From Atractiella rhizophila (taxonomy: Eukaryota), in NCBI GenBank assembly GCA_021432655.1, contig MU271385.1, positions 1 to 64,000 of the forward strand: 64,000 nt of DNA. Reading direction: 5' to 3'. Each line of letters begins with the position of its first letter. Positions within the stretch are counted from its first letter, which is position 1. The notes under the pieces were generated by a model that saw only the letters and a program-made list of their open reading frames with translations, had not been told where the DNA came from and searched no databases. Below are positions 37,962 to 47,777 of this stretch, piece after piece. The translations under genes and the position numbers were made by a program.

Positions 37962-38471
37962 ATGGACCTGGTTATACGGCGCCTAAATCCTTCCACGGAA
38001 GGAACAACGATTTACAAACCTCTTCGTCTCCGCGCTCTTTCCACCGATCCCCAACAGTTCGGATCCACGTTTGAGCGGGAGTCCAGCTTCCCAGACGAGA
38101 AGTTCATCCTCCGGTCAGAGCGGATGCACGTAGCCTTCGTTTCTGGGAATCCTGCCGGAGTCGTAGGACACTTTTACGAAGAACGCCAGCGAGACAAGAA
38201 GATGGTCGCATGGTTGGTTTCTTTCTGGGTTGCGCCTGAATATCGGAAGAGGGGCATTGGGACGGCCTTGGTCAAGAAAATCGTAGAGATCGTGGTTGAG
38301 AAAAACGGCGATGAGCTGGTGTTGGAGGTACATAAAGAGAATATGCAAGCTAAACGACTCTATGAGAGAGAAGGATTTGTTGTGATGGGTCCAGCAGAGG
38401 AAGAAGGGGAAATCGAGATGACTTATCAAGGATGTGCGTCCTCGCTCTGGAGTGAATTACAAAGGGACTGA
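37962..38471 (+). CDS. GNAT-family N-acetyltransferase, intronless; paralogue of 12387..12899
   Basis: KPLRLRALSTDPQQFGS, FWVAPEYRKRGIGTALV and NMQAKRLYEREGF. ATG at 37962. Confidence 0.9.
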   Translation: MDLVIRRLNPSTEGTTIYKPLRLRALSTDPQQFGSTFERESSFPDEKFILRSERMHVAFVSGNPAGVVGHFYEERQRDKKMVAWLVSFWVAPEYRKRGIGTALVKKIVEIVVEKNGDELVLEVHKENMQAKRLYEREGFVVMGPAEEEGEIEMTYQGCASSLWSELQRD

Positions 38472-38791
38472 TGGATTACGGAAATCACTCTAGCTTCTTC
38501 TTCAAAATGATATTCTTCCTAGAAAGCCTAACTTTTCAAACGACTACGCGGGAGATCTCTAGCAACGAGGTGCGTCCTATTCTCTCAGATGCAAAACACC
38601 TTCTCTCATTACCGCTTAATAGTTCTCGTACCTCTGTATCACATCACATAATATCCTGCAACGAAAACATTCTTCTGCTGACTTTGACCACTGCTTTGGT
38701 GCAAAGTTTAAGTGTTTGTCCCATTGTCTTGGATCGATTGCTTATGCTGCGAGCAGAAACTTAATTTTCCTGTGTATTGACCTCCTTCGAT

Positions 38792-39331
38792 ATGTCGACT
38801 TCAGCAGCTCCATCTCCATCTCCTGCCCTTGTCCGATTCGCTGCCAGCGTTCTCTCTCTCCTTCGCTCCTGGTCCGCACTCACACTCGTCCTTTCGCACA
38901 ACCCATCGACAGGCTGCACTGTTGAATCGTTTGCCGAAGAACTCGTATCTCTCTTTCTTTCGGAAGAAACGATCCCATCCCAAGAAGCAGTGGAGGATTT
39001 TTTACTGGGGTACTTCGACGAGGATCTTTCTACGAGCTTGGAGGACGGATCAGAGATTGGCGTTGCGAAGGATCTGAGGAGTTTGTGGACGGAAAGTCTT
39101 GAAGAAGAAGAGGGGGAGACGATGCGCCGTGTGAGGGAGACCGCAGAAAGGATGAAAGGGAGGAAGGTGGAAGTACAGGTGGATGAAGGAGAGGAGATCA
39201 GCGGTAGTGATAGTGAGGAGAGTGGCGAGGACGACGTTCAGATGGAAATTGTGGAGCCATCCAAGAAGAGAGAAAAGCCTGAACCAGTCGTAGACGATGA
39301 AGGTTTTACATTGGTGCAAAAAAAACGCTGA
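38792..39331 (+). CDS. TSR2: Pre-rRNA-processing protein / Rps26 escortin Tsr2
   Basis: LLRSWSALTLVL, VEDFLLGYFDEDLSTSLEDGS..VAKDL, acidic tail and PEPVVDDEGFTLVQKKR. Confidence 0.88.
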   Translation: MSTSAAPSPSPALVRFAASVLSLLRSWSALTLVLSHNPSTGCTVESFAEELVSLFLSEETIPSQEAVEDFLLGYFDEDLSTSLEDGSEIGVAKDLRSLWTESLEEEEGETMRRVRETAERMKGRKVEVQVDEGEEISGSDSEESGEDDVQMEIVEPSKKREKPEPVVDDEGFTLVQKKR

Positions 39332-39769
39332 TGGTGCGTCTCTTGTTTTGATTTGGAATCAGATGGAATCAAACAGAGTCGTGAAAGGTCCTTGCGTGTA
39401 ACAAATTGAAGCTAGGACGTACAAGATTGTTGGAGTTTGAGTTCCCTAACCAACAATTGGGACGTAAATGGTGACTCGCTCCGAGGAAATTGAAGGCGGA
39501 GCGAGGAAACTACTCCGAAAAAGCTATAGATGATGTTATCTCTTCATTTCATCTCGATGAGACGGAACTCTGATCCAGACAACCCTCCAGTCTTTTTCCT
39601 TCAGCGGGATAAGAGATATTCTCACACTCCAGCACCACCGCATTTTTTGATTTATAAATTCATGGCGGAACGCTAGCTGTTCTTTCACGGACAAAGTGGG
39701 ATCTCCTACTGTGAGGAAGCTACTGATGGATTGTTTGCTATCCATTATTTATTTCTTTATATGCACATG

Positions 39770-40140
39770 TTAGCTGTCGATTACAAAATGGACATCTGTG
39801 CAGAGCACAAGGTGGTCCAAACAGTCTTCTGGCCACTCTTTAGATGAGCATGAAGCGACATACCGCTGAACCACCAACCCCAAGCGGGCACTTCGATTGG
39901 CATCTAAGGTGCCGCCCATTAAATTGCATCGAAGCGTCCTGCCCTCAATGCCCAAAGCACCCGGTCGAAATGAGGGGATGTGTTTGGAGTCAGCAGTAGT
40001 TCCTATCCCGCTGTTCGTCAACAGCGTCTTAGAATCGGTCTATCTCATCCATCGTGTAGAATTCTGGAAATACAGCTGCGACAATAATCTTGCGAGCCTG
40101 GCGAGATCTTCGAGAGGAGAATTCTGTACCACATTCAGGT
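39770..40140 (-). pseudogene. Decayed tandem copy of the 40308..40733 ORF
   Basis: QARKIIVAAVFPEFYTMDEIDRF*DAVDEQRDRNYC* aligns to QVRKIIMAATFPEFYSISEADRLHDNVDEQRDRNYRW. After a frameshift, EWPEDCLDHLVLCTDVHFVI aligns to EWPENCMDHLMPCSEVHFVI. Confidence 0.8.
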
Positions 40141-40307
40141 TCAAAATGAAATCTGCCTCTTGTTGAGATCATCTTTCGTCCTTCCATCATGACGAGCTCC
40201 ATCTAGAGAACGCTGGAGTTTCGTCTTCTCTACTATGCATTCATTGACATTCCTAGGAGAAATAATTGACATTCTCGATACTGTATTTGACGGAGGAAAT
40301 TTCACTA

Positions 40308-40733
40308 TCACTCATTTATCTCGTCATACGCACCGGTTACTTTGGCGATTACAAAATGGACCTCCGAGCAGGGCATGAGGTGGTCCATACAGTTTTCTGG
40401 CCACTCATTCAATAATGATGACATGATGCCGATGAGCCACCAGGCCCATGCAGTACGTCGTTCGACATCTAAAGGGCGAGAGCCTGTCCATCGAATTGCC
40501 TCGTAATGTCCTGCTCTCAGTTTCCAACCCACCCGGTGGTAATGAGGTTGCAGGTTTGGAGTGCCGTCCCAGCGATAGTTCCTGTCCCGTTGTTCATCCA
40601 CATTGTCGTGGAGTCGGTCTGCCTCACTGATGGAGTAGAATTCGGGAAATGTAGCAGCCATGATGATCTTGCGAACTTGCTGTGATTTTCGAGACGTGAA
40701 ACCTGTGCCAGTTTCAACTCGGGGGTATCCCAT
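40308..40733 (-). CDS. Small orphan protein (141 aa; possible upstream exon)
   Basis: Coding status is supported by amino-acid-level similarity to the adjacent decayed copy. Confidence 0.6.
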   Translation of the reverse strand: MGYPRVETGTGFTSRKSQQVRKIIMAATFPEFYSISEADRLHDNVDEQRDRNYRWDGTPNLQPHYHRVGWKLRAGHYEAIRWTGSRPLDVERRTAWAWWLIGIMSSLLNEWPENCMDHLMPCSEVHFVIAKVTGAYDEINE

Positions 40734-42554
40734 GCTGGATAGATCCTACGATTGTTTAGACTGGCATAATGTTCTTCCATCCTTGCCCGATGCCGGGGTT
40801 TCTGAGTTCGAGTGAGTTAGCGCTTGTACTCAACCTCTGCTCCAGCTTACGTTGACATTGGGTAAACTCGAAGAGGCTTTGGAAAGCATTTGAAGGTGCA
40901 TTGGAGGTTATGGCTTTCATTTTTATTGGCACGTTTTATGACAAATGTGTAGGGCAGCCTTTCTGGTGGATTGCATTACGATCATGAATATCCTGACTCG
41001 CATTCGAATGTTTGCAGAATGCAGAGGTGACTCATACGAAGGATTGTGGAAGCATGCACGTGATGCAGCAAGCAGAGAGCAGCATAGAGAGGTATCTGTA
41101 GTGTCTTTTCCATCGGGTTACGAAATTTAGCGCGTATCTTTGCATAAAGTATTTTGCAGCATTATATGAAATAGGTTACACTACCAGTATACCCAATATT
41201 CTGATCTGAACCAGTTGCGTGTCATCATGTCATTAGTCCCTAAATCGACGCTATGCACACTCCAGTCATTAGAACGCTTAATGAGTTCATTTCTAACCCC
41301 AGCGTCCAAGGCCTGGAAAAGCTCGAATGTTTCTCTGTATAATTCCTCTCGCTGAAGAAAAGGCAATATTCAGTGTAGGTGTTCATTCTTCACTAGGAAC
41401 AGCTTACGATGCAAGTTGCTTCGTGGTTGTTCGGGACCATAAACTGGTTCAACTCCTTCACCGAAGCCATATCTATTTATCACGGGAGGACGAGCGTGAT
41501 ACTGGCGCTGGTGCTTATCCTGAACTCTCCCCTGTAATTCTGCATCAATCTGGCTGTTGGGAGGACGAGGAAACGTTGAGGAGGTCCAAGGATATAATCT
41601 CGCATCGCTTTCATGGTAGTGTGGGTGTTGATTAGGGTCGTGCCAAACGCCTTCTGAAATCTCGACTTGTCGTTTCGGCGCAACCCTTGCCAGACATGAA
41701 ATGTGAACTTAGCAGCGCAGGACAACGAACCATCTTTTCGACTTTGTCAATCGGCTCGAATACAACGGATGCAGATCAATCCAAGGCATTGTGAGCAACA
41801 GATAGATGTACTGATGAGACGGGTGGTTTGAGGAAAGTGGTTTGATGCTGAGCATCACATGCGAAGCTGCTTTTTATGTTCTCCCTCAAACTGGCTCTTT
41901 CTACCCTTGTGGCCATAAACACTTCAAGTCAAGATAGTCCCAACTCAACGGAGGGAGCTTTAGCTCAGATCCCTTTGTTAACCAACTTCTTGTCCCATTG
42001 CAACCTAATGCTGAAAGGTCGCTTTCCATTGCCTTGTAAGTTTGTTACGTGTGCATGTTCTCTATACGGAACAAGGCAGAGACATTTCATTGCAGACTCG
42101 TTTCATGAAGCAGGTGCAATACAGCGAAGAGATTGTCAACCATGTAAGTGAGAGGCATGTATCGGCAGTAGGTCCTTGTTGGTGATGGGGATCTCAAGAG
42201 AAGTTATGCAACATGAGCAGTCATCCAGGCCCGCCTTCGCTGTACTAGGCAGATGGATGGAATCATTTGAGAGGAGGGCTTTCTTGATTTCCGAACTGCT
42301 GCCCATTCTTAATTGTTGCCATCTCCTTTCAAGCTTGGTTGCCAGCACAGTACAGTGATATAATACTGACAGATTTGGTTCCGAGCTCTTTGTTCTCAAC
42401 CTTGTTCTCTGTTATTTTCATCAAACTCTTTTAGTCCTGTGTCTCTGGTTCATTCCGTCTTTGTTTATGGTGGAATAGCTGTCCAGAGCTACACAGTCTC
42501 GAGCGTAGTTCCAACAGACTTCAGAGCCATAAGATATGAAAAACGAACCAAAGC

Positions 42555-43783
42555 TCATTCGGACAGAATGGTTCCCAGCTTCTTCTCGACCGTTGTAGCC
42601 TCCAAACCAATGATTCCCTTAACCGCCCATCCCTCATCTCTCTGTCCCCAAACGAGAACGCACTGGTCAACCTCCAAACTGAGACTTCCATCCTCAGCCC
42701 TCAAATATCCAGGGACGCCGAGTCTGCCACTATGTCCCAAAGTGAGCCAAGAATCGAGGTCTTGAAAATTGAAAGGTAGAACGGTGGGAATGGATCCGCG
42801 TGGGAGGTGATTGATCGTCAATTGGATGAGAGGGAAGACAAGGGGAGAACTGGTTGGAGTGGGAGGAATGGGTCGCATACGCCCTTCGAGCGTCGTGGTC
42901 GTGGAGGGAGGATAACGTTCGTGAGGGATGAGTAAAGGACCGACTATCTTTTCGAGACAGGGACGATGGTGTGATGGAAACTGCATCCTTTCAGTCAATG
43001 TCATCATTGAACCAGAAAAATGAGACCTGTTACCTCGATTGAGAAAAGGAGAAGGCGGTTAATGTCTGAAAAGTGCGCCATGAGTGGACGCATCTCGAAC
43101 CTTCGAGTCATCAGCTAGGTTCAACAAAGGGAAACGAAAGGGGTAAAGCACCTAATTCGCACCCCGCGGACTCTCAACACCTTCTCCTCCGTACCCCATC
43201 CTGGACCTGGCACGCATTCTCTCAACAACCTCCTCAACTCTGAATCCATCAACCCCTTTCCGACCGCGCACACCTCCTCTTCCGCTCTCCTCGCCATTCT
43301 TCCGGTTTCACCTTCTTCCTGTTCCGTCCACTGCGCGATAGCGTTCTTCAACCCTTCTAGTCCATAAAACTCGGCATCTTTCAGCAGATTCGCCCTGAAT
43401 TTCTTCTCAGATCCAGCCCCCGAAACTTCGAGGGGAAAGATGTCGTATCCCGATAACCAATCGCGGATCACTTCGAAAGTGGCCGGTTTGCGATCTGGGA
43501 GAAAGAGGGTGTGCGTCTGGGATTCGAGAAATCCTGATTCGGAGGTAGCAGCGGTGGTAGGGGTTGCGTTGAGAGCGTTTGAAGTCGAAGAGAGGAAGGA
43601 GTTGGTGAATAGGTTGGGGGAGTCGAAGACTATTTGGCTCAGGGTCAGGACGTAAGTCTTCGTGGGAGAGGTGGAGATGTTGATGGTGAAGTGGGGAGAG
43701 GAGATGGTGCTCAGAGTCGTTCCTTGGGAGCGTAGCGAGGTGGCTGTTTTCGGAGGTTCGAGTTGCAGGTCGAATGAGTCCAT
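42555..43783 (-). CDS. BTB/POZ-domain protein
   Basis: YVLTLSQIVFDSPNLFTNSF, LPDRKPATFEVIRDWLSGYDIFPL and LLKDAEFYGLEGLK, followed by further exons. Confidence 0.8.
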
Positions 43784-44853
43784 CTTGGTGGTTGAATCAC
43801 TTATTGTCAGCCCGCTGCTCACGCGCTCACAGGATCAGGGAGACCAGAGCTGACTCTATGTACTGAAGAACAGAACTTTTGGTTGCAGAGTACAGAGCTC
43901 TATGGTTCAGGATGCAGCTACCTCCTCATGGCGATAACTTGACGGCTTGTCGTGTATATCTGAAACAAGGACGCTCGTCATTTCTCTGGATTGGATAAAT
44001 GAAGCAGCTCCACTACATGATACTATCACCTCCGGCGGTTCTCCTCCTACGGCTGCGTCAATCACGGAAGCCCGGGCAGGAGATTCGTCCTTGCAGTCAT
44101 CACGACGTGGACTTATAAGAGGCGTTCAATCATGCTCATCTCCCCAGCTGCTTGCTGCTCAACTGGCCGAGTAGCGGCTGAATTCCTCACACTTAGCTTA
44201 TAGCTTATGCATGATCTGAAGAGACACTTTGAATGGTTCACGAGACACTGCACGAGACACGTTTACAATTGCAACATTGCAAGGTCCCACTCGACCTCGA
44301 GAGCCAACTCACATTGTCACCGCAGCCAACCACATCACCCACAACCGCAACCCCAGTACATGCCCAATAACCTTCCCACCAGCACACTGTGAAAACGAAC
44401 CAACCCACCTCACAAGGAGTTGCTCGAATGTGGAAGACTCGACGCACGTCACCTTCTCCGAAATTGGCGCTTTCTCCTTGACGTCTGCAGCGTCTTGTTG
44501 TCTGCTTCACGTTCAACAAGGTATTCCCTGTCCTGCCGAGTTATTCAGCTTGCGGGTGGGATTATACGTATATATTCCAGCGGGGCAATCGTCGGCTTAC
44601 GGCTCGAGCGAATGCGTGTACCCTCTGCTGCGTGCTGTGATAATGCTGCGCTTCCTTTGTCCTCGCTTGCGAAATGCGAAGAACTGGGACGAAATGGAAT
44701 ATGAGTCATGTTTTGAAATGCGAGCGTGCGCTATGTAAAGGGGCTGCGCTTGGAAACTCCCTCGTCTCCTCGTCTTTCCAATCTTTCTTGCCAGCCAAGA
44801 GCGTCGTACTTCGTTCGACTCATCCACAAAGGTATCTACGGAAAAAGTGCCCA

Positions 44854-45818
44854 TATGACAATTAGCTGTACTCAAACGGAATACGATTTTCTCTACGGTA
44901 AGCATGAATCATGTTGCTGCTCATCCATGGGAGGGATATAAACTGATGTCTTTGATGGGTAGACTCGACATATAGTCTTAACTTGGTCGCGTCATACGAA
45001 GATATTAACAGCTTGTTTATGTCAATAGCCCCCAACAAAGATACCTCAAAGAACGATATCTCAGCGTACATCGCTCAGCCTACCAGTTCTCCACCTAGTT
45101 ACAACAACACAGGTCAAATATCTGCCGTCGACTCTCCAAATTCTATTTTTGGAACGTTCGACATCAAACAGAGCCCTCAGAACTCTTACCAGCCTATGGA
45201 CATTGATCCAAACCCTTATTTACCTCTATTTCATCAAACCAATTCTGCTCCTCCTTCGACATTCGAAGGTCTTTCTCCATCAGCCTTTATTCCGCTCCTA
45301 CAACCAGACAAGGAAGCGAACCCGCAAGAGCATCCTCAGAAGGACCATCTCCATCCGCTTCTCAAGTTCACACCGGAAGAAATCCAAACGCTGCCATGCT
45401 GGACCTCATCCAATCCAATCCAGGTTTGTCATCCCCTCCCTCCTTCCATTCTTTTCCACAGACAATAAGCTGATGATTCGTTTTTGCAGCGAGGTACACG
45501 TACCCGCCAACAGACTTACCCGCCGTTCCTCTTCGAGGAATGTCTCCTTTTGCCGCCCCGAATTCGAAGCGTCAAGCACTCACGAATCGAGGATACGAGT
45601 ACTTGGAAGAAGAACTCGAGCCGAGACTCGCGAAGAGCGAGGCGATGATTCGAGAGCTTCTCCGTCTCAGAGGCGAAGACACGCTGCGCAGAGTCAGCGT
45701 CGAATCGCTCTCCCACTCGTCGTACTCACAGGACGAGTACGAGGACGACCGAATGATGGTCGACCAACCGCCTGCTTTCTCCTCTCGCCATCGAGGCGGG
45801 AGGGGAAGAGGACGATAA
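44854..45818 (+). CDS. Hypothetical low-complexity protein; exon structure uncertain
   Basis: ORFs 44983..45468 and 45540..45818 with GT-AG intron candidates. No recognisable domain, and the exon phases do not join cleanly. Confidence 0.35.
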
Positions 45819-46486
45819 ACTCCCACGGGACCATGTTTTAAACTACTGCCATTGATATCGATCACCGATCCGATTTCGATTTATCTACTTTTGACGAGTT
45901 CAAGAAAGCCGTTTTGGACGAGCGAGGGAAGACTCTTTTTTCTCCTTCTTCTTTGATGGAAGAAAGATGAATGTCTTCGGTTGAAGTTCGTAGCCAACGG
46001 AACCATAGATCGCTAAAGTGCAGAGCTCCACAGGTTCGTCTTTCCCATCCTCTTTCCACATTCAAGCCAATCTCACTCTTGTCCTTGTTTCGTTCAGGTT
46101 TCGAGCCTGGCTCGTCCCGTTGCATCCTGAGAGGATAGCACAGTGGAGCCTGTTCACTTTATTTGGGGACGTAGTAAGAAGCATGAGCAACTCTGCTTCC
46201 GAAGAAGAAAGAAGAAGAAGACGCTGGCCGACGTGGGAAGGCAGAAACCAAACGGACATTACCTTTCTCTCTTAATCATCTCTTTCTGCTGTTTTCTTCA
46301 TACCTTTTTCTTTCTGCTTTGATTTCTATTCCTCTCACATTATTCGAGATAAACTTCGTATCAATCCCTCACTCAAAAAAAACAGAAAAATCTTGTATAA
46401 CTCCTTTCAGAATGCCATTCTCTCGTCTGTCGTAATATACATAAGTATTGTACAGTGCACTTTCATTTCATTCTCTCTAAACAATT

Positions 46487-47005
46487 CTAATGCTCAGTCG
46501 CCCATCCTGCATCGATCAATCCAGCGGCTCTGTCGTCGACGTGGAGCCCAAAACTCATTAAGTAGTACACATCCTCATGTACAACTGCAACTCGGACGAC
46601 GTTTTCCCCTTCAGCCTGTGGTCCTTCCAGCGCTCCTCTTTTTCTTCTCTCCTCGTCGCAATAGGAGTAGCGGCCTCTTCGACCTCCTCCCAAACGAGCA
46701 GATTTCCCTTTTGGAACACTGGCACGTCTGGCTCGTCGTTGTAGTCTATGCCGAAGCGTGAGAAGAGGGTTTCATGTTTCTGCGAACCGATGGTATCCTG
46801 ATCCCCGTTCCGTCCATTACTTTAGCCAGCAACAAGAATGAGGGCGGAATGGGGAGACACGACAGTTCTGTATGGGCTTGTTTAGCCGTCATCTCTCCTG
46901 GACCGGTAGAGAATCCTTTGCCATCAAGTCCGAGGACGAGATGTGTGGATGGTACGAGCGAGTCAGTGCGAAGGCTTTCACGTAGGCGAAGCGCAATTGA
47001 GACAT
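46487..47005 (-). pseudogene. THG1: tRNA(His) guanylyltransferase pseudogene with internal deletion and frameshifts
   Basis: MSQLRFAYVKAF, frameshift, DSLVPSTHLVLGLDGKGFS (Thg1 N-terminus) joins directly to EMTAKQAHTEL|DTIGSQKHETLFSRFGIDYNDEP..FQKGNLLVW and VVHEDV..NEFW (Thg1 C-terminus). Confidence 0.8.
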
Positions 47006-47339
47006 GGTATGGAAAAATGCACGTGACTTACATTTGCCATCGTCAATCGTCAAATCGCTTCCAGCGCTACTTCCTTCTGCTTTGGCACCCTCTATGTCAC
47101 GCTGATTTCCCTGTGTGCTACATACAGAGGATTACTTTCCTGAAGGCTCAATTGATCTAGTGTCTCATCAAAGAGAAGGGGTAACAGCTGCTCAAGTTCG
47201 ATTGGCAGTCAATCGGGATAGATCGAAACAGTGAACGTTTCTCTTCTGGCGCACATTTAGTACACTTTTGCCTTACCGCTGAAAAATCGATTTGTCTTCA
47301 GAACTCCTGATGATAACGAAGGCATTGTTTTTGTTTGGA

Positions 47340-47630
47340 GCGATGGATTCCCAGTGCCAGAGACACGAGAACCTGCTCTTCGACCTGTGCGGAAACCCAC
47401 TACTCCTCGTCAATCAACCATTCAAAGGCTCCAAAACCACGCTGATAACTTCTTCAGGCGCGGGAAGAAACGGTTCTAGATGAACTTGTCCTATCACGGT
47501 GATAACCACCAAGGAGATTTTACCACTTCTGTTCATTTTGAAAGGTTCCCAAAAATTATAATCGCTTAGACGACCTGTTTTGTCTTGCGTTTTCGGAATC
47601 TCTTTTGCTTCAAAGCTAGCCAGCTTCAAG
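47340..47630 (+). pseudogene. Relic of the amidase N-terminal region
   Basis: ENLLFDLCGN, PITVIT and RLDDLFCLAFSESLLLQS*, with stops and a frameshift, match [15 protein letters not shown] and [18 protein letters not shown] of the downstream gene. Confidence 0.7.
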
Positions 47631-47777
47631 ACGAAGGCTAGTTAATACTCACAAGGAGCATCTGCGCATCGGAAGATGCGGCCGCGCCGAGTCATTGCGA
47701 ACCTTTGTGAACAGTTTACTTGCAACGTCCAGCATCCCATCCCAGAAACTACACCATCATTCTCATCTTTTGGGCAG

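Noticed and set aside
41181..41750. Protein-like minus-strand fragments
   Set aside because: Interrupted by stops, with no recognisable homology.
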